This document shows, piece after piece, positions 59,363 to 64,000 of a stretch of DNA of 64,000 bases; positions within the stretch are counted from its first letter, which is position 1; each line of letters begins with the position of its first letter. The notes beneath the pieces were generated by a model. That model was not told where the DNA came from, made no database searches, and saw nothing but the letters and a program-made list of their open reading frames with translations. The stretch lies in NCBI GenBank assembly GCA_951804945.1, contig OX638150.1:42656001-42720000 (forward strand), read 5' to 3'. This DNA comes from Podarcis cretensis (Eukaryota). Both the position numbers and the translations under genes were made by a program.

Positions 59363-60606
59363 CCGATGTAAAGGTATGCTTGCCAGTGTATAACGTAATT
59401 CAAATCTACAATTTCTTGTATTTCCCATCTCCCCAGGTTAAATCATTTAGTTTTTATTTCCTTTATTTATTTGAGGTTTCGCTTGGTTATATTAGCCAAA
59501 ATAAAAATGTCTAATGGTCAGCAATGGGAGTTGTAGTTCAACAATGTACGGAGGGCATCACGTTGGCTATCTTTAGTTTAGTGCAAAGGGCTGGTAGTGA
59601 GGCAGTGATACAGTTGAAGCACGTTTGAGTTCTTATATGCAGGTAGGGATGTAGTTCAGTCTGCATTAGCAGCATTCTAGGAATTTGCTGGCATGTGGAA
59701 GTGTGTCTAAAGTGCATCCTTTTGACATGCCGATTTGTTATGAAATTTGTTGTCATTTTGCATTTTCTTTTGTCAACTGGCCTGGGATCTTTGGATGAAG
59801 GGCAGTATACAAACATAACATATTAATTATAATAATGCTGTAGTTTGTATTCAGTTCACACAATAATCTGATAAATTGAACTCTGCTGTTTTTTGTGTAG
59901 CCCTCTTAAATCTCATTGGTTTGAAGGAGACCCTTACTCATACCCCTCTGACGGCACATGCAGCCATAACTGTAGGAGTCTTCAGAACAGGTGGTCTACT
60001 GTAGTACTGTTCTGGCAGAACGTATGGTTACTTAAGAGTGTAAATCCATCTTTAGTTCCTACCAGTTGTATATCTTTATGTGGAACTTAGTGGTGGTCTT
60101 AGGAATATGGATTTTTGACTTAATGCATTTGAGTTTGTCAAACTCTACGCACTAGACCCACAACTTACATGTGATTTACTTATACGATTGCAGCTTTGCG
60201 TGGGTGCTGGGAAAATAAATAAATAAATGGCTGGGAAAGGAGAATTTTCTTGAATCTTCAGTGGTTTAAATATTTAAGTATCCATCAAAGCACCTGGGCC
60301 ATTCCAATTCTTACCTTATGATTAAATAGCAATGTCTCAGTCTGGTATGATCATGAGAACTGTGCATGGTACATTCCCACATAAGGCATTTCCACCCAGT
60401 TCTCTTGTTTGAGGTTGTGTTTTTTTTAAGTTGTTCCCAGAATTATCAGGTTTTTAAAAAAATGAGTGAAATGTGTTTTAAGACAATTTGTATTGTGAAG
60501 ACACAATTCTGTATAGAGTGTGCTACACATTCATGTACTACAAATGGTTGTCTTTGCTTGTGAAATGCTGCTTTCTTCTGGTAACCTTTGAAATAGTGTG
60601 GACATA

Positions 60607-60970
60607 CCCTATTTTTCACCCTATAGGACGCACTTTTTCCCCTCCAAAAAGGAAGGGGAAATGTGTGTGCGTCCTATGGGGCAAATGCAGGCTTTCGCTG
60701 AAGCCTGGAGAGCGAGAGGGGTCGGTGCGCACCGACCCCTCTTGCTCTCCAGGCTTCAGGAGAACCCCACCCCAGCCCCACAAGCTCGGGGGACAGCGGG
60801 GAGGTGGAACGCCGCCATCCTGCTGTCCCCCAACGTGGTTTGGAGGCTGGCGGCGGGGAGAGCGGGGAGGCGCAGCGCGCCATCTCGCTGTCTCCCGACG
60901 TGGTTTGGAGGCTGGCGGCGGGGAGAAGCCCGCTTCTCCCTGCCGCCAGCCCCGCAAGCTCAGGGGAGTT
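60607..60970 (+). mobile_element. One-ended non-autonomous Tc1/mariner-type element with internal palindrome
   Basis: TA|CCCTATTTTTCACCCTATAGGACGCAC end; inverted GTGCGTCCTATGGG; CpG-rich; internal direct repeats; no second TIR seen. Confidence 0.7.
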
Positions 60971-62992
60971 TGCCTATGCCTGCTTCAGACCATAAAGGTG
61001 TGTTCACACCTAATGTTAAACCTTAGTAAATGTTTAACTGTGGTTTAATGTATGGGGGTATAGGGGATGTTGGGGGAGGAGTAATACCTCTGGTGGGAGA
61101 CATGTTGTCCTCCTTCTGGGGTAGTTTGTCTACCTTTGGTCTTCACCCTGCACTCAGTTTTCACCAGTGGCTCCTAGAAGCTGTTAGCATGCGGCGGCAG
61201 CTGCTTCCCAGGAAGTGCTTTGATTGGCTGGCTAAACCTGATGAGGGTAGCTGATGAGTCTCAACCCTTAGGTGAATTAGGGACTTCCCCTACATGTGAA
61301 TTGAATGGACAAAATCAGTAGTGGGTACAGTGGTCAAGAATGCAGTTTCTGCACCTACCGTAGAGGGCAGTGAGGGGCAGGTGGGGCTTGTCAACCTGGG
61401 AAGGTAGCCTGTCTCAGAGAAGGAAAACTCTGATCATAAAGCTCTGCTGCTTTGTGGGAGGAAAAAAGCCGAAAGAGTTGGATGGTGCTTTGTACGCCTC
61501 CTCTGTCAACTCCTCCAGCTAAGCTATTGCTCTGCTTTCCTGTGGACCACCACAGCAAGGGTGCAATTGGGGGGGGGGGAGGTCTTGCCTTCTGGGCAGC
61601 CCAGCCCAGGATCTCCATACACACTGCCCAGGCTTACACCCTGAGGAGATCACTTTGGTGTTGCTAACAAAGTGGTTTGATGTCACTAGTAGCATGGTAG
61701 TGGAGACTGTTTGCTCTCATGTTCCTGATCATGACTGTGGGAGCAATAAAAACAAACTTTTGCTTCACGTGTTGTCTAAACCTGTGCTCTTAGTTCGTTT
61801 CCCCAAAACACACCATGAACAGTAAGCTAGGAACAAACTCTGCTATCACTTGTACTTTGTGCAAACCACAAGCCCTGGATTAGACAACACAATAGGCCAA
61901 GATTTGTGGTTTGTTGGTCCTAGTGTGGGGAGGAGCAAAATAGGAATTTTGAGCATCATGCACCAGCATTAACTGTAGCATAATGTGAAACACAAACCAG
62001 GTCATACACTGCTACAAAACTCGTGGTATTTATCTTTTTGATGCTCCAATCCTGTGTGTACTTACCTGGAAGCAAGCCGTAATCAAATGGCGGTCTTAAT
62101 TCTGAGTAATCATGTTTGCCTAGTAATTTTCTTCAGTAACTGAACAGCACACTTTTATATGCTAAAGGATACATTTTTATTTTGCTAAAGGAGTCAAATA
62201 ACTTTAATTGTTCTGGACATTATACATTTCTAGAAAGGAAAAGGAGAGGTGGAAATCAGAACAAGGAATGCATCAGGAAGCAACCTCAGTCTAGGTAGTA
62301 GTCAGCAGAAGTAGAAGATGAGGAGAAGTGGGAAAGGAAAGTGGGAGAGACTGGCTGAGCAGTCATTCAGATGATCTTGCGAGGACACAAAGGTTTGATC
62401 AGTAAGTTGTTCCAGGAATTGCGGGCGGAAGCTTACTAGTTAGACTATCCCGGTTACCAAGCACTATAATTGAGAGTTGTAGGAGTTGAGGTGGGTTTCA
62501 GCCCTGCCAGTTTATTTTCCATGCCAGAGTTTCTTCTGTAGCAACTGTTAACCACACATGTAGAACCCAGCCAAGCTACCTGACCACTTTCTTCAGTCTC
62601 ACCCCCTGACAGTATTGGCTCAGAAGTAAAATGAAGGCCACATGAATGAGAAAAGTGCCAGTATTCCCCAAAGTAGTACTAAGGGAAGCTTAGCTGGACA
62701 CTATGCTTCTCTGAGGCAGTAACCACTTTCTTGCTTGTTTTTGAGATCCTGGGATTTAGAGGAACTCTATCCTTAATTGTTTGGACTTACATTGTTCATC
62801 AGCTGTTCCAGTGTTGTAAATATCTAATTCTGTGCAACCTGGACAGGAGCTGTGAACATTGTTACACTTAATTGTTGTAGATTGTCTTGACTTACGCCAC
62901 CCCACTGCCCTGCTCACAGTTGTGAAGAATATTTTTACATTATAAATGGTCTGTCAACATTAAGAAAAATAGGTATTGGTCCATATATGTAA

Positions 62993-63329
62993 GGGACGTG
63001 GGTGGCGTTGTGGTCTAAACCACAGATCCCAGGGCTTGCCAATTAGAAGGTCGGCGGTTCAAATCCCCACGACAGTGTGAGCTCCCATCGCTCGGTCCCA
63101 GCTCCTGCCAACTCAGCAGTTCGAAAGCACATCAAGTGCAAGTAGATAAATAGGTACTGCTCCGGCAGGAAGGTAAACGGCGTTTCCGTGCACTGCTCTG
63201 GCTCGCCAGAAGCGGCTTAGTCATGCTGGCCACATGACCCAGAAGCTGTCTGCGGTCAAACACCTAGAGATGAGCACGCAACCCCAGAGTCATCTGCGAC
63301 TGGACCTAATGGTCAGGGGTACCTTTACC
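62993..63329 (+). mobile_element. Sauria SINE (internally deleted)
   Basis: Same head, body and tail as the 57365 copy. Confidence 0.9.
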
Positions 63330-63334
63330 GTATA

Positions 63335-63560
63335 CAGTGGTACCTCGGGTTAAGTACTTAATTTGTTCCGGAGGTCCGTACTTAACCTGCAACTGTTCTT
63401 AACCTGAAGCACCACTTTAGCTAATGGTGCCTCCTGCTGCTGCCGCACCACTGGAGCACAATTTCTGTTCTCATCCTGAAGCAAAGTTCTTAACCTGAAG
63501 CACTATTTCTGGGTTAGCGGAGTCTGTAACCTGAAGCGTATGTAACCCAAGGTACCACTG
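63335..63560 (-). mobile_element. Tc1/mariner-type MITE, subfamily A (inverted)
   Basis: Reverse complement of the 52634 copy; TA TSD. Confidence 0.9.
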
Positions 63561-64000
63561 TATGTGGACTGTCTCTGGATAAAGTGACTTCTTTCAGTTC
63601 TCAAAGTTCTTAACCTAGTGTAAGGTTGTCATCTGAACTAGCCAGATGTTTAACAGATAATCACAGTCAATCCATCATTTGAAAAAGAAAAGACTTCAGA
63701 GCCGCATTGGCCAAAAATGGCACCTAGACATTTCATTTTGGTGACTGAAATTGAAACTTTGTTTAATGAGCTTATATACCTGAGTTTCTAACACTGCTGA
63801 TGAGACCCAGTATACCTCTTCAGTTCATCTGTACAATGAGATAAATGATCAGTTTGACTCCAAAAGAGTTAGTATTTGTGCTTTCTTAATCTGTATTAAG
63901 TTTATAGGAATTGCTTGATCTCCATGCAGGAAGCCTTGACATAGAATCAGAGGAATGCAACCAAAATCAGTATAATTTATTTCAAAATAAGTTAGTTTTA

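Noticed and set aside
60488-61048. 186-aa and 142-aa ORFs
   Set aside because: They run through a GC-rich palindromic transposon remnant; no protein homology recognised
56830-64000. BRD4 coding exons
   Set aside because: No bromodomain or BRD4 N-terminal peptide found; the region looks like a TE-rich first intron

Overview
Vertebrate genomic DNA from a squamate reptile (it carries Sauria SINEs; probably a lacertid lizard). The window holds two complete, tandem, + strand paralogous genes of the AKAP95 family, reconstructed by hand from splice sites and reading frame. AKAP8L has 13 coding exons (6719-26311, ~634 aa, one GC-AG intron). AKAP8/AKAP95 has 14 coding exons (32909-49860, ~707 aa). 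Each gene has a CpG-island/CCAAT promoter. A third large CpG island at ~54.9-56.8 kb is most likely the BRD4 promoter and non-coding first exon(s), based on the AKAP8L-AKAP8-BRD4 order known from mammals; no BRD4 coding sequence is visible. The rest is intronic or intergenic DNA rich in transposons: eight TA-flanked pogo/Tigger-like MITEs, hAT MITEs, three Sauria SINEs, CR1/L2/L1 fragments and several solo-LTR-like elements. I found no convincing new multi-gene system. The most interesting observations are an apparent lack of the PKA-RII anchoring helix in AKAP8, an expanded (DYG)n repeat in its disordered region, MITEs carrying NRF1+ETS promoter motifs, an intact antisense solo LTR and a sense L1-type poly(A) signal in AKAP8L intron 7, and nested insertions that order TE activity in time. 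Comparisons with human proteins are from memory, not from database searches.
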